DNA of 64,000 bases from an uncultured delta proteobacterium (GTDB lineage Bacteria > Myxococcota > Myxococcia > Myxococcales > Anaeromyxobacteraceae): contig CAWHDZ010000027.1 of NCBI GenBank assembly GCA_963828255.1, positions 128,001 to 192,000 of the forward strand, given 5' to 3'. A program made the translations under genes and the position numbers. This document shows, in pieces, positions 1 through 10,932 of the stretch. The notes beneath the pieces are model-generated. The model was not told the origin of the DNA. It saw only the letters and a list, made by a program, of their open reading frames with translations, and searched no databases. Numbering within the stretch: position 1 is the first letter of the stretch; the number at the start of each line of letters is the position of its first letter.

Positions 1-497
1 CGCGAGGTGGGCTCGGCCCGCTTCACCAGCGCGTCGAGCGGGAACCCCACCCAGGGCACCACCATCGACCAGGCCTCGACGCAGCGGAAGCGGTAGATCC
101 GCTCCTCCAGCGGGGAGAGCTTGAGGATCTCCTCGATGCCCAGGGTGAGCGGCCTCTTCACCTCGCCGTCCACGGCGAGCGTCCAGGGGCGGGTGCGCAG
201 GCCGCCGGCACGCTGGGCCGGATCGGCCTTGTCGGTGCCGAACTCGTAGAAGTTGTTGTACGTCGTGACCGACTTCCAGGGCGTGGGCTTCTCGCCGCCG
301 GCCATGTCGGCCTTCCTCGCCACGGGGAGGACCTCGCCGGACGGGTCTTCGGGGCCCGCCAGCGCCGGGATCGGAAAGGCAGAAGTGGCCGCGCCGATGG
401 CCCCGGCCGCCCCCAGCCTCAGGAAGTCCCTGCGGCGCAGGTAGATCCTCTCGGGGGTGGCTTCGCTCTCTCGAAGGTCGGGCTTGAAGCGGGGCAT
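1..497 (-). CDS. msrP: Protein-methionine-sulfoxide reductase catalytic subunit MsrP (3' end outside window)
   Basis: Manual translation from ATG 497: [26 protein letters not shown] (Tat motif)...[17 protein letters not shown]...[24 protein letters not shown], the YedY/MsrP signatures. Confidence 0.93.
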   Translation of the reverse strand, partial: MPRFKPDLRESEATPERIYLRRRDFLRLGAAGAIGAATSAFPIPALAGPEDPSGEVLPVARKADMAGGEKPTPWKSVTTYNNFYEFGTDKADPAQRAGGLRTRPWTLAVDGEVKRPLTLGIEEILKLSPLEERIYRFRCVEAWSMVVPWVGFPLDALVKRAEPTS

Positions 498-559
498 GGT
501 GGTTCTCCGTCCGGCAACGTCTGCTTAACCCCGCCGGGGCCTGGCGCCATTCCCGCGTC

Positions 560-1921
560 CTAGAACCGGTAGGCGATGGCGTAGAGCAGCGACACCGTCA
601 GGATGGAGAGGCGCGTGGTGACGGCCCCCGTTCCCGGGGTGCCGAGCAGGAAGTCGTCCGAGTTCCCCCAGGAGGCGCCCAGCCCCAGCGAGCCCGAGAG
701 GTTCTCGCCCTTCAGCTTGGCGCCGGCGGTGAGCCCGTAGAGATTCACGCTCCGGAAGACTCCGGAGGTGCCGGGGGCGCTCGGCGCGGCGTCGGTGTAG
801 AACCCGCCGTGGAGGCTCCACGACTCGTCGAGCGTGTAGCGCCCCCCGACGGCGAAGTTCCACACCGTGGTCGCCCCGTAGGTCAGCCCCGCGAAGGGCG
901 CCTGGGTCCGCGACTGCGTGCCGTCCGGGTAGGTGGCGATCTTCTCCACCATCTGGCTCGAGGCGAGCAGCAGGTACTCGGAGATGGACGAGTGGTACCG
1001 CACGTCGATCTCCACGTCGAAGCGCGGCTCCCGCCAGGCCAGGCCGAAGTTCACGGTGAGCGGAAGGTGGTAGCTGAAGGTGGCGTTCGGGTCGGCGAAG
1101 TAGGACTGGTAGGTCGCCGGGCCGGAGGCCGAGTTGACCGTCTCCATGTCCTGGAAGGAGAGGGACCCGGTGCGGAGGATGGTGAAGGTCGGCGTGCGCA
1201 GGCAGGCCCCGGCCACGAGGCGATCGGTCACGTCCCACTGGACGCCGAACGTGCCTTGCCCGCCCCACGTCGTGCCCTTCCCGTCGGCCGTGCGCAGGAT
1301 GGCGGAGTCCACGATCTGTGGATCGGAGCGCATCGAGAGGATCTGGGTCTGGGAGATGCTCGTGATGGCCACCCCGAAGCCGGCCCCGAGCCGGAGCGAC
1401 GGCAGCACCGCCCAGGCGGCGGAGACGGCCGGGACGAGCGTGGAGATGCTCACGCTCGACGAGTAGTTGACCTTGTTGCCGTCGAGGGTGGCCCCGTTCA
1501 GCGCCGCCGACCAGGAGGTGGGCTTGGTGGCCGAGAAGCCGATGCGCCAGCGATCGGAGGAGATGACGTCCCCGCCCAGCACGGCGCCGAAGTAGCCGGG
1601 GAGCTGGGCCAGCGAGACCTTTCCGCTGCCGGCCTGGACCTGGCCGAGGTCGATCATCTCGAGCTCGTAGCCGGTGGCGCTGGCGCCGATGACGCTGCGC
1701 CGGACCAGCGCCAGGCCGGCCGGGTTGTACCAGCCCGCCGTGGAGTCGGCCACGCGGGCCACGAAGGCGCCCCCCTCGAGCGCCTCCTCCTGCCCGATGA
1801 GGACCCGGTCGTAGTTGGTGAGGACGGCGCTGGGGGGCAGGAAGAAGGTGGACTGGGCCCGGGCCGGGGGTGCGACGAGGACCACGGCGAGGGCGATGAG
1901 GAGGCGGCGTGCGCGAGGCAT
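560..1921 (-). CDS. Outer-membrane beta-barrel, FadL/OmpP1-like transporter
   Basis: Signal peptide, [12 protein letters not shown] (NPA) motif, amphipathic beta strands, C-terminal YRF. Confidence 0.7.
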   Translation of the reverse strand: MPRARRLLIALAVVLVAPPARAQSTFFLPPSAVLTNYDRVLIGQEEALEGGAFVARVADSTAGWYNPAGLALVRRSVIGASATGYELEMIDLGQVQAGSGKVSLAQLPGYFGAVLGGDVISSDRWRIGFSATKPTSWSAALNGATLDGNKVNYSSSVSISTLVPAVSAAWAVLPSLRLGAGFGVAITSISQTQILSMRSDPQIVDSAILRTADGKGTTWGGQGTFGVQWDVTDRLVAGACLRTPTFTILRTGSLSFQDMETVNSASGPATYQSYFADPNATFSYHLPLTVNFGLAWREPRFDVEIDVRYHSSISEYLLLASSQMVEKIATYPDGTQSRTQAPFAGLTYGATTVWNFAVGGRYTLDESWSLHGGFYTDAAPSAPGTSGVFRSVNLYGLTAGAKLKGENLSGSLGLGASWGNSDDFLLGTPGTGAVTTRLSILTVSLLYAIAYRF

Positions 1922-2011
1922 GGCGGGAGGACGCTAGCACGTCCGGGACCGCTCGCCCCCCGCTCCGAGTCCCGCTATGCTCCCCCGCGGGACCGGCCCG
2001 GGGAGGACGCG

Positions 2012-2470
2012 ATGATCACACTGCTTGTGAACGGAACGGCGCGATCGGTGGAGGTCTCGCCGGACACCCCGCTGCTCTGGGCGCTCCGCGACACGCTTGC
2101 GCTCACCGGGACCAAGTTCGGCTGCGGGATCGGCTCGTGCGGATCCTGCACGGTCCTTCTCGACGGGGCCCCGGTCCGGAGCTGCCAGGTCACCGTCGCC
2201 GAGGTGAAGAATCGCAAGGTGACCACCATCGAGGGGCTCTCCCCGGACGGAAACCACCCGGTCCAGCGCGCCTGGATCGCCGACGAGGTCCCCCAGTGCG
2301 GCTACTGCCAGTCCGGCCAGATCGTGGCCGCGGCGGCCCTGCTGGCCCGGAAGCCCCGCCCCACCGACGCCGACATCGACGACGCCATGGACGGCATCCT
2401 CTGCCGCTGCGGGACCTACGAGCGGATCCGCCGCGCCATCCACCGGGCGGCGAAGGAGGGCGCGCGATGA
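2012..2470 (+). CDS. iorA: (2Fe-2S)-binding small subunit, isoquinoline 1-oxidoreductase/aldehyde oxidase family
   Basis: [16 protein letters not shown] and QCGYCQSG...CRCGTY motifs; GGAGG RBS before ATG 2012. Confidence 0.9.
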   Translation: MITLLVNGTARSVEVSPDTPLLWALRDTLALTGTKFGCGIGSCGSCTVLLDGAPVRSCQVTVAEVKNRKVTTIEGLSPDGNHPVQRAWIADEVPQCGYCQSGQIVAAAALLARKPRPTDADIDDAMDGILCRCGTYERIRRAIHRAAKEGAR

Positions 2471-4563
2471 CCGGCTCGGAGATGGGACGCCGCACCTTCC
2501 TCGAGATCGCCGCCGGCACAGGCCTGTGGCTGGCGGCGAGCCCCCTGCGCGTCGCCGCCGCGGGGCCGGAAGCCGTGCCGGCCGCGGGCTTCCAGCCCAG
2601 CGTCTGGCTCAACGTGAGTCCGAAGGGGCTGGTCACGGTCTGGCTGGGGCGCTCCGAGATGGGGCAGGGCACCTACACCGGGATGGCCGTGCTCGTGGCC
2701 GAGGAGCTCGACGCCGACTGGAAGAGCGTGCGCGTCGTGCAGGCCGACGCCGACCCGAAGTACGGCCGGATGAGCACGGGCGGGTCGTCCTCCGTCCGCC
2801 AGTCCTGGGAACCGCTCCGCAAGGCCGGCGCCGCGGCGAGGGAGATGCTGGTCTCCGCGGCGGCCGCCGGATGGAGCCTCGACCCGGCCTCCTGCCGCAC
2901 CGAGAGCGGAACCGTGATCCATGCCGCCTCCGGGCGCCGCATCGGATACGGAGAGGTCGCCGCCGCCGCGGCCAGGCTCCCGGTCCCGGAGAAGCCCCGC
3001 CTGAAGGACCCGAAGGACTTCACACTCATCGGCAAGCCGGTCCCGCGCCTCGACACCCCGCAGAAGACCCGCGGCGCTGCGGTGTTCGGCATCGACGTGC
3101 GGGTGCCCGGGATGCTCCACGCCGTGGTGGCCCGGCCACCGGCGCTGGGCGGGAAGGTGATCCGCTTCGACGCCGCCAGGGCGATGGCCATGCCCGGCGT
3201 CCGCAAGGTGGTCGAGGTCCCGTCCGGAGTCGCCGTCCTCGCCGACACCACCTGGGCTGCGTTCCGGGGGCGCGACGCGCTCTCCGCCACCTTCGACGGA
3301 GGCCCCAACGGCGCGCTCGACTCGGCGGCCATCGCCCGCCTGGTCGACTCGGCGCAGCCCGAGCCGACCCCGGCGCGCAGCGAGGGAGACCTCGAGAAGG
3401 CGCTCGCCGGAGCGGCGAAGAAGCTCCAGGCGACCTACACCCTCCCCTTCCTGGCCCACGCCCCCATGGAGCCCATGAACTGCGCCGCTCGCGTGGACGG
3501 GAACGGCGCGGAGCTCTGGGTGCCCACCCAGGCTCCCCTCTGGGCCCGCGGCGACGTGGCCAAGGCGCTGGGACTCCCCGACGACAAGGTCACCGTCCAC
3601 ACCACCTTCCTGGGCGGCGGGTTCGGACGTCGCTCCTTCCCCGACTTCCCGGTCGAGGCGGCGCTGGTCGCGAAGGCGGCGGGTGTCCCGGTCCAGGTCA
3701 CCTGGAGCCGCGAGGACGACTTCCTGGGCGACTACTTCCGCCCCTGTGGCAAGAACGAGCTCCGCGCCGGGCTCGACGCGAAGGGCAACCTGGTCGGATG
3801 GCACCACCTGGTGCGCAGCCCGTCCATCTCGCGCCAGAACTTCGGCGGGAGGCCGGGCAGCCCCGACATCCTGGAGGGGGCCATCGCCTTCCCGTACCGG
3901 TCCGGCTCCGTCCGGATCGAGGCGGCCATCCCCACGGTGGGCGTGCGCCTCGGCTGGTGGCGCTCGGTCTACGCGTCGCAGAACGCCTTCCCGGAGGAGT
4001 GCTTCGTCGACGAGCTGGCCCACGCGGCGGGCAAGGACCCGCTGGCCTTCCGGCAGGGGCTCCTGCCCCCCGCGCACCCGCTCCAGGTGGTGCTGGCGCT
4101 GGCCGGCGAGAAGTCGGGCTGGGGAAAGAAGCTCCCCAAGGGCGTCGCCCGGGGGATCGCCTGCCACTCCTCCTTCGGAAGCCACGTTGCCCAGGTGGCC
4201 GAGGTGTCGGTGACGAAGGGGGCCATCCGCGTCCATCGCGTCGTGGTGGCGGTCTCCTGCGGAACGGCACTCAATCCGGACAGCGTGGCCCACCAGATGG
4301 AGGGGTCGGTGGTCTACGGCCTCTCGGCCGCGCTCCGCGGCGCCATCACCTTCGCGAAGGGGGCCGCCCAGCAGACCAACTTCCCCGACCAGGATCCCCT
4401 CCACATCTCCGAGATGCCGCGGGTGGAGACCCACATCGTGCCGAGCACCGCTGCGCCCGGCGGCATCGGGGAGCCGGGCCTTCCCCCCATCGCCCCGGCG
4501 GTGGCGAACGCCCTCTTCGCCCTGACCGGGAAGCGGCAGCGCAGCCTGCCCCTCGAGGCCTGA
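2467..4563 (+). CDS. iorB: Molybdopterin-binding large subunit, IorB/xanthine dehydrogenase family, Tat-exported
   Basis: RRTFL Tat motif, EMGQG, GGGFGRR, WRSV, GIGEPG motifs; ATGA overlap with the small subunit. Confidence 0.9.
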   Translation: MTGSEMGRRTFLEIAAGTGLWLAASPLRVAAAGPEAVPAAGFQPSVWLNVSPKGLVTVWLGRSEMGQGTYTGMAVLVAEELDADWKSVRVVQADADPKYGRMSTGGSSSVRQSWEPLRKAGAAAREMLVSAAAAGWSLDPASCRTESGTVIHAASGRRIGYGEVAAAAARLPVPEKPRLKDPKDFTLIGKPVPRLDTPQKTRGAAVFGIDVRVPGMLHAVVARPPALGGKVIRFDAARAMAMPGVRKVVEVPSGVAVLADTTWAAFRGRDALSATFDGGPNGALDSAAIARLVDSAQPEPTPARSEGDLEKALAGAAKKLQATYTLPFLAHAPMEPMNCAARVDGNGAELWVPTQAPLWARGDVAKALGLPDDKVTVHTTFLGGGFGRRSFPDFPVEAALVAKAAGVPVQVTWSREDDFLGDYFRPCGKNELRAGLDAKGNLVGWHHLVRSPSISRQNFGGRPGSPDILEGAIAFPYRSGSVRIEAAIPTVGVRLGWWRSVYASQNAFPEECFVDELAHAAGKDPLAFRQGLLPPAHPLQVVLALAGEKSGWGKKLPKGVARGIACHSSFGSHVAQVAEVSVTKGAIRVHRVVVAVSCGTALNPDSVAHQMEGSVVYGLSAALRGAITFAKGAAQQTNFPDQDPLHISEMPRVETHIVPSTAAPGGIGEPGLPPIAPAVANALFALTGKRQRSLPLEA

Positions 4564-4569
4564 GCGTCC

Positions 4570-4971
4570 CTACGGCGGCGGCAGCGGGTCGTCCTTCCGG
4601 AAGGCCGTCCCGGTGAAGAGGGCGACGAGCGTCCCCGCCTCGTCGGTGACCCGCACGGTGCAGGTGGAGAGGCGGCGCGAGCCTCCCTCCTCCCGCGCCT
4701 CGGCGGTGAGGACGCCGGTCCGGACGGGGCGCAGGAAGGTGACGTGGGCCTCGATGGCGAGCGCCACGTTTCCCCGGGAGTTGGAGGCCACCGCGAAGGC
4801 GAAGTCGGCCAGCGTGAAGACGGCCCCGCCCTGCACCACGCCGGCCGCGTTCATGTGCTGGGGGCCCACCGCCATCCGGGCCACGGCGCGCCCCTCGGCC
4901 ACCTCCAGAAGCTCGACCCCGATGCCAGTGGCGAAGCGGTCCCTGTCGAAGATCCTGGCGAGTTCGGACAT
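4570..4971 (-). CDS. PaaI-family hotdog thioesterase
   Basis: [27 protein letters not shown] motif. Confidence 0.88.
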   Translation of the reverse strand: MSELARIFDRDRFATGIGVELLEVAEGRAVARMAVGPQHMNAAGVVQGGAVFTLADFAFAVASNSRGNVALAIEAHVTFLRPVRTGVLTAEAREEGGSRRLSTCTVRVTDEAGTLVALFTGTAFRKDDPLPPP

Positions 4972-5073
4972 GGGTCCATCGTAGCCGTTCCGGTCGATCG
5001 CCGGTTGCGACGCGCGCGCGGCAGGCTATGGAAACGCCGCACGGCCCGCGGGGGCCGGAAAGCGAGGGATCCC

Positions 5074-5616
5074 ATGGCCAAGAAGAAGGTCGCGAAGAAG
5101 AAGCCCGCTCGGAAGGCGGTCCGCAAGCCCACCCGGAAGAAGGTGGAGGCGGTCCCGAAGGCGTACGGGTCGGTCACACCCGCCCTCGCCATCCGCGGCG
5201 CCACCGACGCCATCGCCTTCTACGTGAAGGCGTTCGGCGCGAAGGAGCTGTCGCGCATGCCCGGGCCGGACGGGAAGCTCATGCACGCCGAGATCCGGAT
5301 CGGGGACAGCATCGTCATGCTGGGCGAGGAGGCCCCGGAGATGGGAGCCCCCTCCCCGCAGACCCTGAACGGTTCACCGGTCGGGCTCATGTTCTACACG
5401 AAGGACGTGGACGCGATGTTCGCGCGGGCGGTGGCCGCGGGCGCGAAGCCGGTCATGCCTCCCGCCGACATGTTCTGGGGGGACCGGTACGGGTCGGTCA
5501 CCGACCCGTTCGGCCACCGCTGGTCCATCGCCACCCACAAGGCCGACCTCACGCCGAAGCAGATGAAGAAGGGCATGGAGGAGTGGATGGCATCGATGGG
5601 CGGCCAACCGGGATGA
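5074..5616 (+). CDS. VOC/glyoxalase family protein (PhnB-like) with Lys-rich N-terminal tail
   Basis: AIAFYVKAFGA, MHAEIRIGDS, DMFWGDRYGSVTDPFGHRW. Confidence 0.88.
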   Translation: MAKKKVAKKKPARKAVRKPTRKKVEAVPKAYGSVTPALAIRGATDAIAFYVKAFGAKELSRMPGPDGKLMHAEIRIGDSIVMLGEEAPEMGAPSPQTLNGSPVGLMFYTKDVDAMFARAVAAGAKPVMPPADMFWGDRYGSVTDPFGHRWSIATHKADLTPKQMKKGMEEWMASMGGQPG

Positions 5617-5629
5617 CGGGCCGGGCGAA

Positions 5630-6409
5630 GTGAATCGCACCGACGCCGAGGCCCTCGCGCGCGCGCGGGCGGTCCTCGAGAAGCCGGGCATCGCCATCCG
5701 CCTCACCGACCTCCTGGGCAGGCCGGTGGAGATGGCGGTGGCGGCCCTGCCCGCCTCGGCCTCGCGCCTCATCCACCGCGCCACCGGCGCCGCACTCGAT
5801 CGGGCGCTCTCGGTGGCGCTGCGCACCATGGACGCCGACCCCGATCCTCCCTCCGACTGGGTCCACCGGCTGGCGGCGGGGGCCGCCGGCGCGGGGGGCG
5901 GCGCCTTCGGCCTGGCAGGGCTTGCGGTGGAACTCCCCGTCTCCACCACCCTCATGCTGCGGGCCATCGCCGACCACGCCCGGGCCCAGGGGGAGGACCT
6001 CTCCCGCCCCGAGCCGCGCCTGCAGTGCCTGGCGGTCTTCGCCTACGGGTCGCCGCGCGCCGCCGACGACGCCGCCGACGCCGGCTACTTCGCCGTCCGC
6101 GCGGCCCTGGCCCGCTCCATCTCCGAGGCCGCCGAGTGGCTGGCCACCAAGGGTGCCTCCCGCGCCGCCGCCGACCGGAGCGCGCCGGCGCTGGCCCGGC
6201 TGCTCGCCGCGGTGGCCCGCCGCTTCGGGATGGCGGTCTCGGAGAAGGCCGCCGCCCAGCTCGTGCCGCTGCTCGGGGCTGCCGGGGGCGTGGCGATCAA
6301 CCTGACCTTCATGAACCACTACCAGCGAACCGCCTGGGCCCACTTCACGGTGAGGCGACTGGAGCGGGCCCACGGCGAGGCCGCCGTCCGGGCCGCCTGG
6401 GGCCCGTAG
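5630..6409 (+). CDS. EcsC family protein
   Basis: GLAGLAVELPVSTTLMLRAIAD and QLVPLLGAAGGVAIN...HFTVRRLER patterns. Confidence 0.8.
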   Translation: MNRTDAEALARARAVLEKPGIAIRLTDLLGRPVEMAVAALPASASRLIHRATGAALDRALSVALRTMDADPDPPSDWVHRLAAGAAGAGGGAFGLAGLAVELPVSTTLMLRAIADHARAQGEDLSRPEPRLQCLAVFAYGSPRAADDAADAGYFAVRAALARSISEAAEWLATKGASRAAADRSAPALARLLAAVARRFGMAVSEKAAAQLVPLLGAAGGVAINLTFMNHYQRTAWAHFTVRRLERAHGEAAVRAAWGP

Positions 6410-6467
6410 AGGGGGGCCTCCTTTCCGGGCCTTGCGCGCCGGGGCCCGATCTCCCTACCGTGGCGGG

Positions 6468-7367
6468 ATGAAGGAGACGACCTCTCGCAAGATCTCGCGC
6501 TTCCTCGACCCATACCGGATCACCAGCGGGAAGGACTTCCGGCTGAAGGACCACGACCCCGGCGACACCGGCGGCCTCGACTCCGAGGACAAGCCGGAGG
6601 CGAAGAGGATGCTGGCCAGCGGCGTGGAGCGGATGGCCGAGCTTCAAGAGAGGCTCTACGCCAGCGACCAGTGGGGGATGCTTCTGGTCTTCCAGGCCAT
6701 GGACGCGGCCGGCAAGGACGGCACCATCAAGCACGTCCTCTCCGGCGTGAACCCGCAAGGCTGCCAGGTCCACTCCTTCAAGCAGCCCTCCACCGAGGAG
6801 CTCGACCACGACTTCCTCTGGCGCACCCAGCGGGCCGCCCCCGAGCGCGGACGCATCGGAATCTTCAACCGCTCCTACTACGAGGAGGTCCTGGTGGTGC
6901 GGGTCCACCCGCAGATCCTGGCCGGCCAGCGCCTCCCGGCGCGGTTCGTGGGGAAGAAGGTCTGGGACGAGCGGCTCGAGGACATCGCCGGCTACGAGCG
7001 GTACCTGGCCCGCAACGGCTTCGCCATCCTCAAGTTCTTCCTGAACGTCTCGAAGAAGGAGCAGAAGCGCCGCTTCCTGGAGCGGCTCGACGAGCCGGAG
7101 AAGCACTGGAAGTTCTCCCCCTCCGACGTGCGGGAACGGGCCCACTGGAAGGGCTACATGGAGGCCTACGAGGAGGCCATCCGCGGCACCGCCACCGAGC
7201 ACGCCCCCTGGTTCGTGGTCCCGGCGGACGAGAAGTGGTTCACCCGGCTCGTGGTCGCGGCGGCCATCGTGGAGACGCTGGAGGGGCTCGACCTGGCCTT
7301 CCCCAAGGTGCCCGACTCCAAGCGGGAGGAGCTCGCGCTGGCGCGGGCGCAGCTCGAGAAGGAGTAG
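6468..7367 (+). CDS. ppk2: Polyphosphate kinase 2 family protein
   Basis: QAMDAAGKDGTIKH Walker A, FKQPS, IFNRSYYEEVL, WKFSPSD. Confidence 0.93.
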   Translation: MKETTSRKISRFLDPYRITSGKDFRLKDHDPGDTGGLDSEDKPEAKRMLASGVERMAELQERLYASDQWGMLLVFQAMDAAGKDGTIKHVLSGVNPQGCQVHSFKQPSTEELDHDFLWRTQRAAPERGRIGIFNRSYYEEVLVVRVHPQILAGQRLPARFVGKKVWDERLEDIAGYERYLARNGFAILKFFLNVSKKEQKRRFLERLDEPEKHWKFSPSDVRERAHWKGYMEAYEEAIRGTATEHAPWFVVPADEKWFTRLVVAAAIVETLEGLDLAFPKVPDSKREELALARAQLEKE

Positions 7368-7435
7368 CACCGGGGTCGGCGCCCGGCCGCCCGTCTGGTA
7401 ACATCCGCCCCTTCCTTCACCCGAAAGGCCCCCAC

Positions 7436-8809
7436 ATGTCCCTCACGCTCGATGACGTCAGCCACGCGGTCCGGGAGACCCAGTACGCGGTCCGCGGCGC
7501 CATCGTGGCTCGCGCCGCCGAGCTGGAGCGCCAGGGCCAGCCGATCATCTACTGCAACATCGGCAACCCCCAGTCGCTCGGGCAGAGGCCGCTCACCTTC
7601 GTGCGCCAGGTGCTGGCGCTGGCCGAGTACCCCGAACTGCTCGACGGGCCCGCGGCGGCGGCCTTCCCGGAGGACGCGCGGGCGGCGGCGCTCCTCGCCC
7701 TGAAGAAGAGCCCGCACGGCCTGGGCGCCTACACCGAGAGCAAGGGCTACCTCTTCGTCCGGCAGGCGGTGGCCGACTTCATCCACCAGCGGGACGGCAT
7801 CTCCACCGACCCGGAGCACGTCTTCCTCACCGACGGCGCCAGCAAGGGGGTCCAGTCGGTGCTGCGCCTCCTCGTGGACGGACCGAAGGACGGGGTGATG
7901 ATCCCCATCCCGCAGTACCCGCTCTACTCGGCCTCCATCACGCTGCTCGGCGGCACCCAGGTCTCCTACTTCCTCGACGAGAAGAGGGACTGGAGCCTAT
8001 CGCTGGCGGCGCTCGAGACCGCCCACGCCGAGGCCACGGCCCGGGGCATCCGGGTGCGCGCCATCGCCGTCATCAACCCGGGCAATCCCACCGGCGCGGT
8101 GCTCGACCCGTCCAACGTCGAGATGGTTCTCGCCTTCGCCCGGCGCCATTCCCTCTCGGTGCTCGCCGACGAGGTCTACCAGGAGAACGTCTACCGGCCG
8201 GAGGACCGCTTCGTCTCCTTCGCCTCGGTGCTCGTGCGCCTCGGGCTCACCGACGTCCCGCTCTGGAGCTTCCACTCCGTGTCAAAGGGCTACCTGGGCG
8301 AGTGCGGCCACCGGGGCGGCTACCTGGAATGCCGGAACGTGCCGGCCGACGTCATGGCCGAGGTGGAGAAGATCCAGTCGGTGGCGCTCTGCGCCAACTC
8401 GGCGGGGCAGTTCGTCACCTGGATCATGGTCCGGCCTCCCCGGGCCGGCGACCCGTCGTTTCCCCTCTTCGACCGGGAGCGGCGCGAGGTGCTCGACTCG
8501 CTCCGGCGTCGCGCGGCGCTTCTGGAGAAGGGGTTGAACGGGATCCCGGGGATCCAGTGCAACGCGCTCACCGGCGCCATGTACGCCTTCCCGCGCATCA
8601 CGCTGCCGCCGGGGACCACCGACGCGCAGTACTGCCTGGCGCTCCTCGAGGAGACGGGAATCTGCGTCGTGCCGGGGTCGGGCTTCGGACAGATTCCGGG
8701 GACCTGGCACTTCCGCACCACCATCCTGCCCCCCGAGGACCAGATCGCCACCGTGGTGCAGAGGCTGGGCGAGTTCCACGCCGCCTTCACGAAGGCGCGG
8801 GGCGGCTGA
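7436..8809 (+). CDS. PLP-dependent alanine aminotransferase (class I, GPT/AlaAT-like)
   Basis: YAVRGAIV, NIGNPQSLGQRPLTFVRQVLAL, INPGNPTG, DEVYQEN, SVSKGYLGECGHRGGY. Confidence 0.88.
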   Translation: MSLTLDDVSHAVRETQYAVRGAIVARAAELERQGQPIIYCNIGNPQSLGQRPLTFVRQVLALAEYPELLDGPAAAAFPEDARAAALLALKKSPHGLGAYTESKGYLFVRQAVADFIHQRDGISTDPEHVFLTDGASKGVQSVLRLLVDGPKDGVMIPIPQYPLYSASITLLGGTQVSYFLDEKRDWSLSLAALETAHAEATARGIRVRAIAVINPGNPTGAVLDPSNVEMVLAFARRHSLSVLADEVYQENVYRPEDRFVSFASVLVRLGLTDVPLWSFHSVSKGYLGECGHRGGYLECRNVPADVMAEVEKIQSVALCANSAGQFVTWIMVRPPRAGDPSFPLFDRERREVLDSLRRRAALLEKGLNGIPGIQCNALTGAMYAFPRITLPPGTTDAQYCLALLEETGICVVPGSGFGQIPGTWHFRTTILPPEDQIATVVQRLGEFHAAFTKARGG

Positions 8810-8822
8810 ACGCGCCGCCCGC

Positions 8823-9863
8823 ATGATCGCCCTCTACCTCTCCGGCCACGGCTTCGGCCACATGACCCGCGCCTGCGAGGTGCTGGCCGAGGTGCGGCGG
8901 CGGGCGCCGGGCGTCCCGCTCGCGGTGGCGGGCTCCGTCCCGGAGGCGCTGGTCCGGCGCGCCATCCCGGGGGACCTGCTCTTCCGGCGGACCGCCTGCG
9001 ACGTCGGGCTCGTGCAGCGGGATGCACTGCACATCGACGAGGGGGCGACCGCCACGGCCTGCGCCGCCTTCGAGGCCACCTGGGACGGGCGGGCCGACGC
9101 GGAGGCCGACTTCCTCCGGGAGTCCGGGGTCCGGCTCGTCCTGGCCGACATCCCGCCGCTGGCCTTCGAGGCCGCCCACCGGGCCGGAATCCCCTCGGTC
9201 GGGCTGGGCAACTTCTCCTGGGACTGGATCTACCGGCACCTCGCTGCACGACAGCCCTCCCTGGCCGCCTCGGCCGGGCGGGCCGCCGCGGCCCACGCCC
9301 GCGCCGCGCTGCTCCTCGAGCTCCCCTTCGCCGGCGACCTCTCCTCATTCACCCATCGTGAACAGATCGGCCTGGTGGCCCGGCGACCCCGCCTGGCCCG
9401 GGAGGAGGCACGCCGGAGGCTGGGCCTCGACGGGCGCCCGGCGGTGCTGCTCTCCTTCGGAGGCGCGGGGACCCCGGATCTCTCGGCCCCCGCCTCGGCG
9501 GAGTTCCGCTGGCTCCTTCCCTCCGACGTGGACGGCCGCCTCGTCGAGCTCGGGCTCACCTACCCGGACGTCGTCCATGCCGTGGACGTGGTGGTCTCGA
9601 AGCCCGGGTACGGCATCGTCACCGACGCCATCGCCGCCGGGACGCGGCTCGTCTACACCGAGCGCGGCGACTTCCCGGAGTACCCGATCCTGGTCCGGGA
9701 GATGGCGCCATTGCTCGCCAGCGAGCACGTGCCGAACGCCGATCTGCTGGCGGGCCGCATCGAGGGACCGGTTCGAAGGGTCCTGGCCCGGCCGGTGCCT
9801 CCCCCTCCCGACCTGGAGGGCGCGTCGCGGGGTGCGGCACGGATCCTCCAGTTCCTCGCCTGA
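8823..9863 (+). CDS. GT-B fold glycosyltransferase-like protein (resembles the N-terminal domain of L-arabinokinase)
   Basis: SGHGFGHMTR, NFSWDWIY, VSKPGYGIV, RGDFPEY. Confidence 0.7.
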   Translation: MIALYLSGHGFGHMTRACEVLAEVRRRAPGVPLAVAGSVPEALVRRAIPGDLLFRRTACDVGLVQRDALHIDEGATATACAAFEATWDGRADAEADFLRESGVRLVLADIPPLAFEAAHRAGIPSVGLGNFSWDWIYRHLAARQPSLAASAGRAAAAHARAALLLELPFAGDLSSFTHREQIGLVARRPRLAREEARRRLGLDGRPAVLLSFGGAGTPDLSAPASAEFRWLLPSDVDGRLVELGLTYPDVVHAVDVVVSKPGYGIVTDAIAAGTRLVYTERGDFPEYPILVREMAPLLASEHVPNADLLAGRIEGPVRRVLARPVPPPPDLEGASRGAARILQFLA

Positions 9864-9911
9864 AGCGAACCCCGGCGTGGCGCCGAGCCCCTGGCGCGGC
9901 TAGACCCGGGC

Positions 9912-10247
9912 ATGCCCGTCATCCTGGCCGTCCGCGACCTCGTCTTCCGCTCCAAGATCCTGGCCGCCGCCGAGCGGCTCGGCACGCCCGTGAAGATCGC
10001 GGCGCGCTTCACCCCGCTCGACCAGGCCGCCCGCGACCACGGTCCCGGGACGCTCATCGTGGACCTCGGCGAGCCGGGTGTCGTGGATCAGATCCCCGCG
10101 GCCAAGGGGGCTGGCGCCACCCGGGTGGTGGGCTTCCTGGGGCACCTCCAGGAGGACCTCATGGACGCGGCGCGGCGGGCCGGCGTGGACGAGGTGCTGA
10201 CCCGCGGCCAGTTCGTGCAGCGGCTCGACGACCTCCTGCGCGGATAG
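9912..10247 (+). CDS. Single-domain response-regulator receiver-like protein (atypical)
   Basis: LIVDL, ARRAGVDEVL pattern; conserved Lys appears replaced by Arg. Confidence 0.6.
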   Translation: MPVILAVRDLVFRSKILAAAERLGTPVKIAARFTPLDQAARDHGPGTLIVDLGEPGVVDQIPAAKGAGATRVVGFLGHLQEDLMDAARRAGVDEVLTRGQFVQRLDDLLRG

Positions 10248-10265
10248 CCGCGGCGGACGGCGCCA

Positions 10266-10883
10266 TCAGGGCGGATTCACCTCGATCGCCTCGACCCAGA
10301 GCTGCTCGCAGGCCCCCGAGCCGACGTCGCTGCGGGAGAGGCTGGTGCGGGAGCGGAACCTGCTCGCGCCGCTGCGGTCGAGGATCTCGACGTCCACGAG
10401 CTTTCCACGCAGGGTGACCAGGTCCCCCTGGCGGACCCGCTTCATCTCCTTCGCCACGTCGTCGCCGGCCGGGACGAGGTGGTGGTTCGCCACGTGGGCC
10501 TGGATGACCTGGGGCGAGAGGGAGCCGTCCTCGAACCACCAGCTCACGTAGCGGCCGGAGAGGTGGAACTTCATCTTCTTCAGGACCGCCGGGTCGGCGA
10601 CCGGCCCCCAGACGAGCGCCAGGTCCATGGGCACGGCGAAGTCCCACTCGTCGAGGAGCGTGCGGCTGGTGTCCACGGCGTAGGCGGTGATCCGGTAGCT
10701 GGCGCGGGGCGTGAGCCTGACCTCGTGCCCCTTGGCCTCGAAGGAGATGACCGGCTCGTCCACCAGGGCGACCTGCTCGGGCTCGGCGGTGGCGCGGGCG
10801 GGATCGACCCGGGAGCGCCAGTCATTACAGGAGCAGGTTGCGAGAAGCGCAGCGACCGCAACCTGCGACAGGAACCTCCTCAC
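10266..10883 (-). CDS. Conserved hypothetical, probable lipoprotein
   Basis: GC-typical codon use, signal with Cys (LLATCSC), PMDLALVWG...ANHHLVPA...GACE. Confidence 0.7.
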   Translation of the reverse strand: MRRFLSQVAVAALLATCSCNDWRSRVDPARATAEPEQVALVDEPVISFEAKGHEVRLTPRASYRITAYAVDTSRTLLDEWDFAVPMDLALVWGPVADPAVLKKMKFHLSGRYVSWWFEDGSLSPQVIQAHVANHHLVPAGDDVAKEMKRVRQGDLVTLRGKLVDVEILDRSGASRFRSRTSLSRSDVGSGACEQLWVEAIEVNPP

Positions 10884-10893
10884 GAATCCCTCC

Positions 10894-10932
10894 CCTTCAC
10901 CGAACCCTCACCAAACCTTCACCGAACCCTCA
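10894..10932. repeat. 11-bp-period direct repeat (17-bp perfect duplication CCTTCACCGAACCCTCA)
   Basis: ccttcaccgaa-ccctcaccaaa-ccttcaccgaa-ccctca read directly. Confidence 0.8.
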
